From NCBI GenBank assembly GCA_038133845.1, contig JAYPUA010000014.1, positions 1,471 to 65,470 of the forward strand: a stretch of DNA of 64,000 nucleotides, in the 5' to 3' direction. Below the pieces are notes generated by a model that saw nothing but the letters and a program-made list of their open reading frames with translations, was not told where the DNA came from and made no database searches. Position 1 is the stretch's first letter; each line of letters begins with the position of its first letter. Made by a program: the position numbers and the translations under genes. The stretch comes from Deltaproteobacteria bacterium. Lineage in GTDB: Bacteria; SAR324; NAC60-12. Shown here in pieces: positions 46,509 through 56,490 of this stretch.

Positions 46509-47428
46509 TATGGAACAACCTGCACCACGTCCCCGCTGAGGATCTGCTCCCGGACGCTCTCCTCCACAAGGCCCCAGGCGTTTTTGGGGAGAATCTCGAC
46601 GAGCTGCATCTGGCCGACGAGGTCAAAGGTGATCTCGGTCCCTCCGGATGCAGAGGCTCGGCGGCTCCGACGGTAGATGTTCAGCGTGGTTCCCGGAGCG
46701 ACCCCCTGGCGGGGGCCGACCTCTGCGCCGAGGTTGATCAGCGCGTAGGTCCGGTTTTCTCGGGTCTCCAGAATGAAGCCCTTGCGCGGGAAGGCCTTGC
46801 GGATCAGCTCTCCAAACTCGGTCCGGTGCTCCATCAGAGTCTCCGAACTGAGAAACCAGCGCTCGTCCACAAACGACTCGTGATCCAGAAGCAGCGGGTT
46901 TCGGAGCTGCCGAGCTCCCTCCGGATCCACCCGGTAGACCTTCAGGGTGACCAACACGCTCCAACTCTCCAACGCCTCCTGCTCACGAAACGGCGTAACG
47001 CGCATCAGCGCCACGTAATGAGTGCGCAGGTAGCGTCCGACCTCAAGAGCCGTTGCCGAGCAGGTCTCATTGAGTTGGAGGCGGCATTCGCTGTCAAATG
47101 ACTGAAACTCGCTCAGGCTCAAGGCCTCCTGAACCCGCTGCTCCCGGACGATCTGCAGGTTCCCGTAGTCTTCCAGCAGAGACTGGACAAAGGCCGTGCT
47201 GAGGGCCTTGTGGTAGCGTGACAGCTCACCGATGTACTGAACCGGAAGAAAGGCGATGCTCTCGCGCTGCGGGCGGAGGATCTCCTCGTCGGTGGGGTAG
47301 GTCTCCGAGCGGAGGTAGTCGGCCTCCTGCTGAAGAATGGATTCGCCAATTTTGGGAGCGCTGGAGCATCCGGAGAGTCCGAGGAGCAGCCCCAGCAGTA
47401 AAAGGAGAAGCTCAGGCCAGTTGCGCAT
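46508..47428 (-). CDS. Hypothetical lipoprotein (possibly CsgG/FlgT-like)
   Basis: Hydrophobic signal with lipobox LSGC; C-terminal INLGAE..GV..G beta domain. Confidence 0.7.
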   Translation of the reverse strand: MRNWPELLLLLLGLLLGLSGCSSAPKIGESILQQEADYLRSETYPTDEEILRPQRESIAFLPVQYIGELSRYHKALSTAFVQSLLEDYGNLQIVREQRVQEALSLSEFQSFDSECRLQLNETCSATALEVGRYLRTHYVALMRVTPFREQEALESWSVLVTLKVYRVDPEGARQLRNPLLLDHESFVDERWFLSSETLMEHRTEFGELIRKAFPRKGFILETRENRTYALINLGAEVGPRQGVAPGTTLNIYRRSRRASASGGTEITFDLVGQMQLVEILPKNAWGLVEESVREQILSGDVVQVVP

Positions 47429-47894
47429 AGCGGCTGCTGAAATACACCAACGGCTGGCCTTCCTGCATGGATGCCTGATGGACCCTCCCGATCAGGATCA
47501 GGTGATCTCCTCCTTCGTATCGCGTCTCCAGCGTGCAGTCGAAGGTGGCGAGGCAGCCTTCAATCAGAGGGAAACGAGTCTCGGGGAGGAGCGTGAGGTC
47601 CGAGAAGTGGCGGTCCGCGTGTTCGTCGGCGAAGCGCTCGGACCAGCTTCGCTGCTCTTCACCAAGCACGTTGATCCCGAAACCGCCCTGATCCAGGACA
47701 GGGTTCAGCAGGCGGGAGTCAAGCCCCAGGCTGAACAGGACCAGGGGCGGGGTGAGAGAAACCGAACTGAAGGAATTGATGGTGACTCCCTGCGGCTGAC
47801 CTTTGGCGTCCCAGGTGGTGGCCAGGGCGATTCCTGTGGCGAAACGCCCCAGGGCGTGACGGTAGGCTCTCGGGTCAGTCGTGGGGTCAATCAT
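47412..47894 (-). CDS. Flavin reductase family protein
   Basis: YRHALGRFATG, TINSFSSVSLTPPLV, GGDHLILIG. Confidence 0.93.
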   Translation of the reverse strand: MIDPTTDPRAYRHALGRFATGIALATTWDAKGQPQGVTINSFSSVSLTPPLVLFSLGLDSRLLNPVLDQGGFGINVLGEEQRSWSERFADEHADRHFSDLTLLPETRFPLIEGCLATFDCTLETRYEGGDHLILIGRVHQASMQEGQPLVYFSSRYAQLA

Positions 47895-47895
47895 C

Positions 47896-49203
47896 TCAGT
47901 ATCGGTAGTGTTCCGGTTTGAAGGGACCTTCCTGGGCCACTCCCAGGTAGTCGGCCTGCTTGGAGGACAGGCTGGTCAGTTTGACGCCCAACCGCTCCAG
48001 ATGCAAGCGGGCGACTTTCTCATCAAGGTGCTTGGGCAAGATGTAGACCTTGCTCTCGTAGTTCCCGGCATTTTGCCACAGGTCGATCTGAGCCAGAACC
48101 TGATTGCTGAAGCTGTTGGACATCACGAATGCCGGGTGTCCGGTGGCACAGCCGAGGTTGACCAGACGTCCTTCAGCCAGCAGGATCAGGCGCTTGCCGT
48201 CCGGCCAGACGTACTGGTCCACCTGCGGCTTGATATTGATCTTGCGGATCTGCGAGTCGTTGTTTAGAGAGGCAACGTCAATCTCAATGTCGAAGTGCCC
48301 GATGTTGCAGACGATCACCTGATCCTTCATCAGGTCCATGTGCTCGCGACGGATGATGTCGCAGCATCCGGTGGTGGTGACGAAGATGTCACCGATCGGG
48401 GCAACGTCTTCCATGGTGTTGACCTCATATCCGGCCATGGCAGCCTGCAGGGCGCAGATCGGATCGACCTCGGTGACGATCACTCGAGCTCCCTGAGAGC
48501 GCAAGGACTCGGCCGAGCCCTTGCCGACGTCGCCGTATCCGGCCACAACAGCCACCTTTCCGGCGATCATCACGTCAGTGGCGCGCTTGATGCCGTCAAT
48601 GAGCGACTCCCGACACCCGTAGAGATTGTCGAACTTGCTCTTGGTTACCGAGTCGTTGACGTTGTAGGCTGGAATCTTGAGCGTCCCCTTCTGAGCCATC
48701 TGTTGCAGGCGGTGTACTCCGGTGGTGGTCTCTTCGGAGACTCCCTTGATGTTTCCCAGCAGGTTCGAATGCTTCTGGTGAACATGCAGGGTCAGGTCGC
48801 CTCCGTCATCCAAAAGCATGTTGGGCCCCTCGGCCCCGGGCCACTTCAGGGTCTGCTCGATGCACCACCAGTACTCCTCTTCCGTCTCTCCCTTCCAGGC
48901 GAAGACAGGAACTCCGGTTGCCGCGATCGCGGCGGCGGCTTCATCCTGAGTCGAGAAGATGTTGCAGGAGGACCAGCGGACCTCGGCTCCGAGGTGAGTG
49001 AGCGTCTCAATCAGGACTGCCGTTTCCACCGTCATGTGCAAGGAACCCGCAATCCGGGCCCCCTGCAGAGGCTTGCTCTCTCCATACTCTTCACGAAGAG
49101 TCATCAGCCCTGGCATCTCCTTTTCTGCAATCGTGATTTTTTTTCTGCCCAGATCAGCCAAGCTGATGTCTGCTACCTTGTAGTCTTGTGCGTTGGCACC
49201 CAT
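47896..49203 (-). CDS. ahcY: S-adenosylhomocysteine hydrolase
   Basis: [46 protein letters not shown]; GAGGAG before ATG 49203. Confidence 0.98.
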   Translation of the reverse strand: MGANAQDYKVADISLADLGRKKITIAEKEMPGLMTLREEYGESKPLQGARIAGSLHMTVETAVLIETLTHLGAEVRWSSCNIFSTQDEAAAAIAATGVPVFAWKGETEEEYWWCIEQTLKWPGAEGPNMLLDDGGDLTLHVHQKHSNLLGNIKGVSEETTTGVHRLQQMAQKGTLKIPAYNVNDSVTKSKFDNLYGCRESLIDGIKRATDVMIAGKVAVVAGYGDVGKGSAESLRSQGARVIVTEVDPICALQAAMAGYEVNTMEDVAPIGDIFVTTTGCCDIIRREHMDLMKDQVIVCNIGHFDIEIDVASLNNDSQIRKINIKPQVDQYVWPDGKRLILLAEGRLVNLGCATGHPAFVMSNSFSNQVLAQIDLWQNAGNYESKVYILPKHLDEKVARLHLERLGVKLTSLSSKQADYLGVAQEGPFKPEHYRY

Positions 49204-49390
49204 GGAACTCTCCTCAGGAAATTTGTGAAAAGAGATCAGTTTCCGGAGTTTCCTCGCAAGTTTCAAGAACAAATCACTAAATCTGAATGTAGCGATTTGA
49301 AAAAAAACACATCGATCACTTGTCCTCCGGCTCAAATCAGGCTATCCAGATTGGGTGCGTGCCCTCGTGGCCATGTCCTGAGCGGACAGG

Positions 49391-50953
49391 ATGAACATTC
49401 GTTCCCAGACTTCATGGATGAAGCCCAAGAATCAATCCCCCGCCCGTCGTAGCAAGAAGCCCCTTACCCGAAATCCTCCCCCACAGAGCCGACTTAGTAG
49501 CAGTCGACAGGAAAAGCCGCTGGAAAGCGTCGCGCTGAAGAAGCGCTATGTGGCCCTGATTGCTGCCGGAATCTTCGGCCTGGTGTTTTGGTTGACAGGC
49601 CTGGAGGGGGTCCTGGCCCCGGAAGGTCTGAGCGCCAAGGGGGTCGCCGGACTGGATGCCGCACGCCAAGAGGTCTCGAGCCTGCTGCGACGCGGGGTTC
49701 GCCCGGACTCCCTGGAGTTCCAAAAACTTCTGCAGCAACCTTTTCCGGGTATCCACTCCCTGAGCTTTGTTCCACAGCAGGAATCCGAAGTGCTTGAGCT
49801 GGCCTCCGAAGTCATCGTGGTTCCGGTCAGCAGCAGGTCCATTCAGGGAATCCTGATCGCGAAGCCGCAGTGGTCGTTCTGGCAGCATTGGCCGTTGCGG
49901 CTGTTGCTCAGCGCTGGCGCGGGGCTCTTTGTCCTTGCCCTATGGCTCCAACTGCGTGCCCGGCAGGTGACTCACCTGGTGGACAAGCTCTGCCGCCAGT
50001 TTGTCCGCTTTCGCCGCGAGCAGGAGTCAGAGGAGATGGACCTGGACCGGCGGACCATGCCGCGTTCGGACCTTGAGCTTCGGGTCGAGGTGCTGCAGGA
50101 GTTGTGGGAACGCTTCCAGTCCATGCAAGGTGAGCTGGCGGCAAATGTTCGCGAGCTGGAACAGTCCAAACGAAAGCTGGAAGACACGGTAGAGGACCTG
50201 CACAAGGCCCAGCAACAAGAGCGGCGGTTGGTGGAACTCGGCTACGCAGTAGCCGAGTTCGGACACGACATTGGTAACGCCAACGGATCGATCATGAGCT
50301 TCACGTCCTTGCTCCTGCAGATGCTGAGCAAGGAGGAGGTCACCGCCTTGGAGCGCGCACGCGCGCTGACCTTCATCCGCCGGGTCTCTCAATCCTCTGT
50401 CAACATCAAGGGCCTCACCGAGGACATCCTGGAGTTTGCCGCCGGGCGCCTGGCCATCAAGGAGGAGGTGTTTGACTTCGAGGACTTCGAGTCTCAGTTG
50501 AACACCCAACTCGGCTTTGTCGACAGCGTTCCTGTCGACTACTGCATTCCCCCGCATCAAGTGAACATGCAGTTCCGAGTCGACGGGCGCAAGCTCATCC
50601 GGGTGATTGTGAACCTGGTCAAGAACGCGTGGGAGAAGCTGCGGGAGGTCGAAGGTGGGCAGATCGAAATCCGCTTCATTCCTTCAGGAGCGGACCTGAT
50701 CATTCAGGTCGTCGACAACGGCTCACCGATTCCGGAGCAAATCCTTGAGAATCTGTTTCAGCCCTTTCAAACTCAGGGCAAAGAGGGAGGCACGGGGCTC
50801 GGGCTTTCGATCAGCCGCAAGATGGTGGAGTTGCACGGAGGCAGCATCGAGGTGCGAAATCTGCCGCAGAATGCAGGGGTGCTGTTCCAGGTCGTGCTCC
50901 CGGAGCGGATCTTGACGGCCTCGGCTCCGGAAGCGCTCGCGCTGTCGTCCTGA
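49391..50953 (+). CDS. Membrane sensor histidine kinase
   Basis: Two TM helices; H-box EFGHDIGN, N-box NLVKNA, DNG, GTGLGL. Start uncertain. Confidence 0.9.
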   Translation: MNIRSQTSWMKPKNQSPARRSKKPLTRNPPPQSRLSSSRQEKPLESVALKKRYVALIAAGIFGLVFWLTGLEGVLAPEGLSAKGVAGLDAARQEVSSLLRRGVRPDSLEFQKLLQQPFPGIHSLSFVPQQESEVLELASEVIVVPVSSRSIQGILIAKPQWSFWQHWPLRLLLSAGAGLFVLALWLQLRARQVTHLVDKLCRQFVRFRREQESEEMDLDRRTMPRSDLELRVEVLQELWERFQSMQGELAANVRELEQSKRKLEDTVEDLHKAQQQERRLVELGYAVAEFGHDIGNANGSIMSFTSLLLQMLSKEEVTALERARALTFIRRVSQSSVNIKGLTEDILEFAAGRLAIKEEVFDFEDFESQLNTQLGFVDSVPVDYCIPPHQVNMQFRVDGRKLIRVIVNLVKNAWEKLREVEGGQIEIRFIPSGADLIIQVVDNGSPIPEQILENLFQPFQTQGKEGGTGLGLSISRKMVELHGGSIEVRNLPQNAGVLFQVVLPERILTASAPEALALSS

Positions 50954-51151
50954 TCAGGCGGGAATCAACCAGTCTGCAGTGGTCACCGGGCGCTCGAAGT
51001 TGAAACGGGTCCGAGTACCGTTGTGTTGCTCCTCCAGCATCATGAAGTCGAGGTCATACAGAAACGACTGCACGGCCCGATTGACACGGTGCTCGAATTC
51101 CTTGGATTGCACGCGGGTTTGCAGGTTGGCGTCCAGGTTTTGCAGATGCAT
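50954..51151 (-). CDS. Small hypothetical protein (65 aa)
   Basis: Strong SD AAAGGAG before ATG; consensus sigma28 promoter upstream. Confidence 0.7.
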   Translation of the reverse strand: MHLQNLDANLQTRVQSKEFEHRVNRAVQSFLYDLDFMMLEEQHNGTRTRFNFERPVTTADWLIPA

Positions 51152-51219
51152 GAGGTTCTCCTTTCAGGAGTGTGTTTGAACTGGCCCGGAAGGACTCCGG
51201 GCGCGATAACCTTAACTCC

Positions 51220-51246
51220 TTATCGGCATCCTCTGAAAAACCTTTA
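51220..51246 (-). promoter_or_regulatory. Sigma28 (FliA) promoter
   Basis: Minus strand TAAA-GGTTTTTCAGAGGAT(15 nt)-GCCGATAA, an exact match to TAAA-N15-GCCGATAA. Confidence 0.8.
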
Positions 51247-51317
51247 GGGAAAAATTCCTCCTTGACGAAAAAATTTTAAATATTCTGAAAATTCAAAAAC
51301 TTGTATGAGGTCTGAGC

Positions 51318-52355
51318 TCAGGCCTGAGCGACCTCGGCTCGCAGGCGCGACTTGCGCTGGGCTGCCGATTCGCGCTGAGCGACCTCGTCCTCAATGAAGT
51401 CCACCACCAGCTCCTGCAGGCGCACCCGGTTGAGCCGGTTGATGCGCGTGATGCCCCCCGGACTGCAGACGTTGACCTCCAGCAACTTCCCGTTCACCAC
51501 ATCCAGGCCCACAAAGTAGAGACCGTCAGCGACCAACTTCGGGCCGATTTTGCGACACAGCCGGCGCTCTTCGGGCGTGAGGACGTGCTTGACCGCCTGG
51601 CCGCCAGCGTGGATGTTGGAGCGAAAGTCGCCCTCTGCAGGGACCCGGCGCATCGCTCCAATCGCCTCCCCGTTGAGCATCAGAATCCGGACGTCTCCGG
51701 CCTCGGCCCCTTCGATGTACTCCTGGAGGATCACGTAGTTGCTCCCGGAGCTTCCTGCCGTTCCATCGACGTAGAAGTGCAACAGCGACTTGACGTTCTG
51801 CCGTGCGTGCTTCTCGATCACAATCACTCCCCGGCCTGCGAGTCCATTGAGCGGTTTGAGAATCATGCGTTCCTGGTCGCTCTCCTCAATGATCCTCCGG
51901 AGGTAGTCCTTGTTCTTGGAGACGTGGGTGACCGGGATGAATTCTCGGCAGGACTCGTGGAAGGCCGCGGTGTAGAGCTTGTTGCTGGCCCGGCGGAGTC
52001 CATCCACGGTGTTGAGGATGAAGGTGTCGTTCTTCACCGAGTCCATGAAGTTGAGCATGATCGGGTCCAGGGGCGGGTTGACGCGCATGAAGATGGCGTC
52101 AAATCCGGAGAGGGGAAGCATCTGCTCCTTGAACTCGATCTTGCGGAAAAATCGCTCCGTGTCCCGGGTGTCCTTCTCCTGAGGCTGGATGATCTTGCAG
52201 AAGGCGTGGGTGGCGCTGTGCCGGATGGTCAGGTTGTTGGGGTGAGTGATGGCAACACGGTGCCCGCGGCGCACACATTCGTGAATGATGCGCAAGGTGG
52301 TGTCCGATTCCGGGACCACCTTCTCCCAGGAGTACATCAGGAAGCAAATGTTCAT
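51318..52355 (-). CDS. gshB: Glutathione synthetase (ATP-grasp)
   Basis: MNICFLM, DTTLRI, IFMRVNPP, ILKPLNG, QEYI, GDVRI, FRSNIHAGG, EVNVCSPGG; ATG at 52355. Confidence 0.88.
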   Translation of the reverse strand: MNICFLMYSWEKVVPESDTTLRIIHECVRRGHRVAITHPNNLTIRHSATHAFCKIIQPQEKDTRDTERFFRKIEFKEQMLPLSGFDAIFMRVNPPLDPIMLNFMDSVKNDTFILNTVDGLRRASNKLYTAAFHESCREFIPVTHVSKNKDYLRRIIEESDQERMILKPLNGLAGRGVIVIEKHARQNVKSLLHFYVDGTAGSSGSNYVILQEYIEGAEAGDVRILMLNGEAIGAMRRVPAEGDFRSNIHAGGQAVKHVLTPEERRLCRKIGPKLVADGLYFVGLDVVNGKLLEVNVCSPGGITRINRLNRVRLQELVVDFIEDEVAQRESAAQRKSRLRAEVAQA

Positions 52356-52602
52356 TTTGAGTGACCAAAGAGGGGAAGCAGAATGGTGCGCCTGGTCGCA
52401 AACGGTGAGAATGGATGGAGGAGCACAAGTAGGCAAGATCAATGCTCTCTGGAGAAATTGCAAGCGCGGAAACGCGTGCAGGCTTCCGGGCAAGTTCCGG
52501 TGCTTCAAGCTCGATGGAAAGTTGATCTTGTGACTCCCGGAAACTCCCCATAGCATGTTGTGTTTTACCTAACTCTTTCACCAGAAAAACAGCAGTCACA
52601 TC

Positions 52603-53710
52603 ATGTTGAGCGAAGAGATCAGCAGCAGGGTCGAGGCCCTGGTTGAGCGTGTGGGCAGCTTAGAAGGGTATCTTTGAAGTCGCTCGCAAGCAGGAACGAC
52701 TGAAGGAACTCGAAGCGGAAGCCAGCGAGGAAGCCTTTTGGGAGCGTCATCAGGATGAGCGCATGCCCATCCTCAAGGAAAAGTCCGCCCTTGAGGGAAC
52801 CATCGAGGAGTGGACACAGGTTACCGGAATGCAGGATGATCTGGAGACGGCCATTGAACTGTACCGTGAGGAACAGGACCCGGAGCTGTTTCAGGAAATC
52901 CAGCAGACCTGTCAGCGACTGGAGCAGCAGCTGGACTCGATGGAGATCCTGGGGCTCTTCAGCGGAGAAAACGACACCAGCGACGCCATTGTCACCATCC
53001 ACCCCGGGGCGGGCGGAACCGAGTCGACCGACTGGGCTTCGATGCTCTACAACATGTACCTCAAGTGGGCGCAGGAGGAGGGCTACAAGGCGGACCTGCT
53101 GGACTTGCTCCCCGGAGAGGAAGCCGGCATCAAGTCCGTCTCCTTTGCGGTCAAGGGACAGTACGCCTACGGCAAGCTCAAGGCCGAAATCGGGGTCCAT
53201 CGCCTCGTCCGAATCTCCCCGTTTGATGCCCAGAAACGGCGCCACACGTCCTTCGCCTCGGTCTTTGTCTATGCCGACATTGACGAGGAGATCGAGATCG
53301 AGATCCGTCCGGACGAGCTGAAGGTCGACACCTACCGGGCCAGTGGCGCCGGCGGGCAGCACGTCAACACGACCGACTCTGCCGTCCGGATCACCCACCT
53401 GCCCAGCGGGATTGTGGTGCAGTGTCAAAATGAGCGCTCGCAGCACAAGAACCGGGCCACCGCCATGAAGATGCTCAAGGCCCGGCTTTACGACCTGCAG
53501 CAGCAGGAGCTGAACAAGGAGAAGGAGGCCGCCAACAGCAAGAAACAGGAGATCGCCTGGGGCAGCCAGATCCGCAGCTACGTGCTGCACCCCTACCAGA
53601 TGGTCAAGGATCATCGGACCGGACACGAAACCGGAAACTCTCAGTCCGTTCTGCAAGGTGGGGCCTTGACCCCCTTCATCAAGGCAGCCCTCTCCCAGAA
53701 GGTCTGCTAA
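52603..53710 (+). CDS. prfB: Peptide chain release factor 2 with programmed +1 frameshift
   Basis: ATG 52603 reads [24 protein letters not shown] to CTT TGA (52672-52677); the +1 frame joins the ORF with SPF and GGQ motifs. Confidence 0.96.
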
Positions 53711-53749
53711 CCCAACCGGTCCCTTTGGGGCCCAACTCTGGAGAACCCT

Positions 53750-54244
53750 ATGGCTTCAAGCTTTTCGTTCGATATTGTCTGTGAGGTGGATGCGCAGGAG
53801 GTTACCAACGCGGTGGATCAGGCCCAGCGGGAGATCGGCAACCGCTACGACTTCAAGGGCACGCAGTGCGCGATTGACTTCGAGCGCAACGAGATGCTCC
53901 TCAAGCTGACTGCAGATGATGAAATGAAGCTGAGCACCGTCCGGGACATCCTGCTCAGCAAACTCCTCAAGCGCAACGTCCCGGTGAAGTCGCTGGTTTA
54001 TGGAAAAGCCGAACCTTCCGGGAAGGTCCTCAAACAGGACATCACGATTCAGCAAGGCCTGAACAAGGAACAGTGCAAGACGCTCAACCTGCTGGTCAAG
54101 AACGCCAAGCTCAAGGTGCAGTCTCAGATTCAGGGCGAGTCCGTGCGCGTCACCGGGAAGAGCAAGGACGACCTGCAGGCGATCATGCAGACGATCAAAT
54201 CTCAGGACCTGGACTTCGACGTCCAGTTCACCAACTACCGCTGA
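53750..54244 (+). CDS. yajQ: YajQ family nucleotide-binding protein
   Basis: SFDIVCEVD, NRYDFKG, VQSQIQG, RVTGKSKDDLQ, QFTNYR. Confidence 0.95.
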   Translation: MASSFSFDIVCEVDAQEVTNAVDQAQREIGNRYDFKGTQCAIDFERNEMLLKLTADDEMKLSTVRDILLSKLLKRNVPVKSLVYGKAEPSGKVLKQDITIQQGLNKEQCKTLNLLVKNAKLKVQSQIQGESVRVTGKSKDDLQAIMQTIKSQDLDFDVQFTNYR

Positions 54245-54423
54245 ATCCTCCCGAGTCCGGAGCCGGGGACTCTCCGGGGAGGCCCCCGGGGTTCTGGCTC
54301 CGCAACGCTGCCTCGGAGGCCCTCCGTAGGTTTTGCCTTGACTTTCGTTTCATTTGAAACGATTTTGACTCCGGGCTTTTTCAGAAGTCCTTCCCAAAAT
54401 TCACTCTTCTTCCAACGGATCTG

Positions 54424-55437
54424 ATGAAGCTTGCCACCTTGCCTGATGGAACACGTGACGGACAGTTGGTGGTGGTCTCCCGGGACCTGCAGCGTTGCAT
54501 CGCCGTTCCGGACCTGGCCCTGACGCTCCAGCACGCACTCGACGGCTGGCCCGAGGTTGCCCGGCGCCTGCGTGAGGTGTCCGAACTGCTCAACATCGGC
54601 GGGCTGCAAAACGCCGCGGCGTTTCGCCCGGAGGCGTGTCACGCTCCGTTGCCTCGTGCCTATCAGTGGGCCGATGGCTCGGCGTATGTCAACCATGTGG
54701 AACTGGTCCGCAAGGCTCGTGGGGCGCAGATGCCGGAGAGCTTTTGGCAGGATCCGCTCATGTACCAGGGAGGCTCGGACACCTTTCTCGGACCGTGTGA
54801 TCCGATCCGGATGGCCGAGGAATCCTGGGGCATCGACTTCGAAGCCGAAGTGGTGGTGGTCACTGATGACGTGCCTGCCGGAATTTCCCCAGAGGCTGCT
54901 GGGGAGAAGATCCTGCTGCTGGGGCTGGTCAATGATGTCTCGCTTCGGAACCTCATCCCGGGAGAGTTGGCCAAGGGCTTCGGCTTCTTTCAGGCCAAGC
55001 CCTCCTCGGCGTTCTCTCCGGTGTTTGTCACTCCGGATGAGCTGGGCAGCGCCTGGGACGGGGGGAAAGTGCACCTCCCCCTGCAGGTGACCTACAACGG
55101 AGAACCGTTTGGGAAGGCCAACGCCGGGGTGGACATGACCTTTGACTTCCCGCGCCTGATCGCTCATGCCGCACGAACCCGCCCGCTGGGAGCCGGATCC
55201 CTGGTCGGCTCCGGAACAGTCTCCAATCGAGACGCGGAAGGCGGCCCGGGACGGCCCATTGCGGAGGGCGGTCTGGGGTATTCCTGCCTGGCCGAACTCC
55301 GGATGGTCGAGCAGATCCACAACGGGCAGGCGAGCACGCCGTTCATGCGCTTCGGTGATCGTGTGCGCATTGAAATGCTGGACGCTCAAGGGACCTCGAT
55401 CTTCGGGGCCATTGACCAGGAGGTTCAGCCCGAGTAG
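54424..55437 (+). CDS. Fumarylacetoacetate hydrolase family protein
   Basis: MKLATL..GTRDG, PLPRAYQWADGSAY, IDFEAE, NDVSLRN, GSGTVSN. Confidence 0.92.
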   Translation: MKLATLPDGTRDGQLVVVSRDLQRCIAVPDLALTLQHALDGWPEVARRLREVSELLNIGGLQNAAAFRPEACHAPLPRAYQWADGSAYVNHVELVRKARGAQMPESFWQDPLMYQGGSDTFLGPCDPIRMAEESWGIDFEAEVVVVTDDVPAGISPEAAGEKILLLGLVNDVSLRNLIPGELAKGFGFFQAKPSSAFSPVFVTPDELGSAWDGGKVHLPLQVTYNGEPFGKANAGVDMTFDFPRLIAHAARTRPLGAGSLVGSGTVSNRDAEGGPGRPIAEGGLGYSCLAELRMVEQIHNGQASTPFMRFGDRVRIEMLDAQGTSIFGAIDQEVQPE

Positions 55438-55530
55438 GGCACGGTCTGCCCGTATGCTGCAAACTCAAACTCTCTGAACCGCTCTTGAAGAGAGCGTTCC
55501 CTCTTTGTTGACCTCAAACGACTCAACCCG

Positions 55531-56487
55531 ATGACCACCTCCAAAGCCTTCGCCTCGGTCGGAGACACCGAAGCCAAAAACATCAGCTTCACCCAGCTTG
55601 GTGAGGGGCTCTATGCCTTCACCGCGGAAGGTGACCCGAACACCGGCGTGATTGTGGGCGACGACGCGGTCATGGTGATCGACACTCAGGCCACACCGAT
55701 CATGGCCCAGCAGGTGCTGAAGTACATCCGCGAAGTCACGGACAAGCCGGTCCGCTACGTTGTGCTCAGCCACTACCACGCGGTCCGGGTGCTTGGAGCA
55801 TCCGCCTACCAGCCTCAACAGATCATTGCTTCTGCGGCCACACGGTCCCTGATCGTGGAGCGTGGACAGGAGGACTGGGACAGCGAGTACGGACGCTTCC
55901 CCCGGCTGTTCCAGTCGGCAGAGTCGATCCCGGGGCTGACCTGGCCGACGCTGACCTTCACGAACCAGATGACCGTCTACCTGGGCAAGCGTCGAGTGGA
56001 GATCATGCACCTTGGGCGGGCCCACACTGCAGGCGACACGGTGGCCTGGGTTCCGGATGCCGGGGTCATGTTCTCTGGAGACACGGTGGAGTTTCACTCG
56101 GCCTGCTACTGTGGCGATGCACACTTTCGCGACTGGCCCGGGACGATCGGGAAACTGCGGGAGTTCCAGCCTCAGGCGCTGCTCCCCGGACGCGGTGACG
56201 CGCTGACCACGCCGGACATGGTGGAAGAAGGCATCCGTCTGACCCAAAACTTTCTCCGAGACACCTACAGCCCCGTCGCAGCGGCGGCGGCACAGGGGCG
56301 CTCGCTCAAGGATGCGATGTCCATGTGCCGCGAGGTTTGCGACCCGAAGTACTCCGACTTTGCGATCTATGAACACTGCCTACCCTTCAACGTGGCCCGT
56401 GCCTATGATGAGGCGTCCGGACTTGATCATCCGCGCATCTGGACTGCCGAGCGTGACCAGTTGATGTGGGCCAACCTGCAGGAATAG
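55531..56487 (+). CDS. Metallo-beta-lactamase fold hydrolase (cyclase-like)
   Basis: AEGDPN, LSHYHAVR (altered HxHxDH), RAHTAGD, FSGD. Confidence 0.88.
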   Translation: MTTSKAFASVGDTEAKNISFTQLGEGLYAFTAEGDPNTGVIVGDDAVMVIDTQATPIMAQQVLKYIREVTDKPVRYVVLSHYHAVRVLGASAYQPQQIIASAATRSLIVERGQEDWDSEYGRFPRLFQSAESIPGLTWPTLTFTNQMTVYLGKRRVEIMHLGRAHTAGDTVAWVPDAGVMFSGDTVEFHSACYCGDAHFRDWPGTIGKLREFQPQALLPGRGDALTTPDMVEEGIRLTQNFLRDTYSPVAAAAAQGRSLKDAMSMCREVCDPKYSDFAIYEHCLPFNVARAYDEASGLDHPRIWTAERDQLMWANLQE

Positions 56488-56490
56488 CGA

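Noticed and set aside
46490-46520. 6S RNA upstream of the 5-formyl-THF cyclo-ligase gene
   Set aside because: There is no intergenic space; the lipoprotein stop overlaps the start codon.
49204-49390. SAH or SAM riboswitch upstream of ahcY
   Set aside because: AT-rich promoter-like spacer with no recognisable aptamer consensus by eye.
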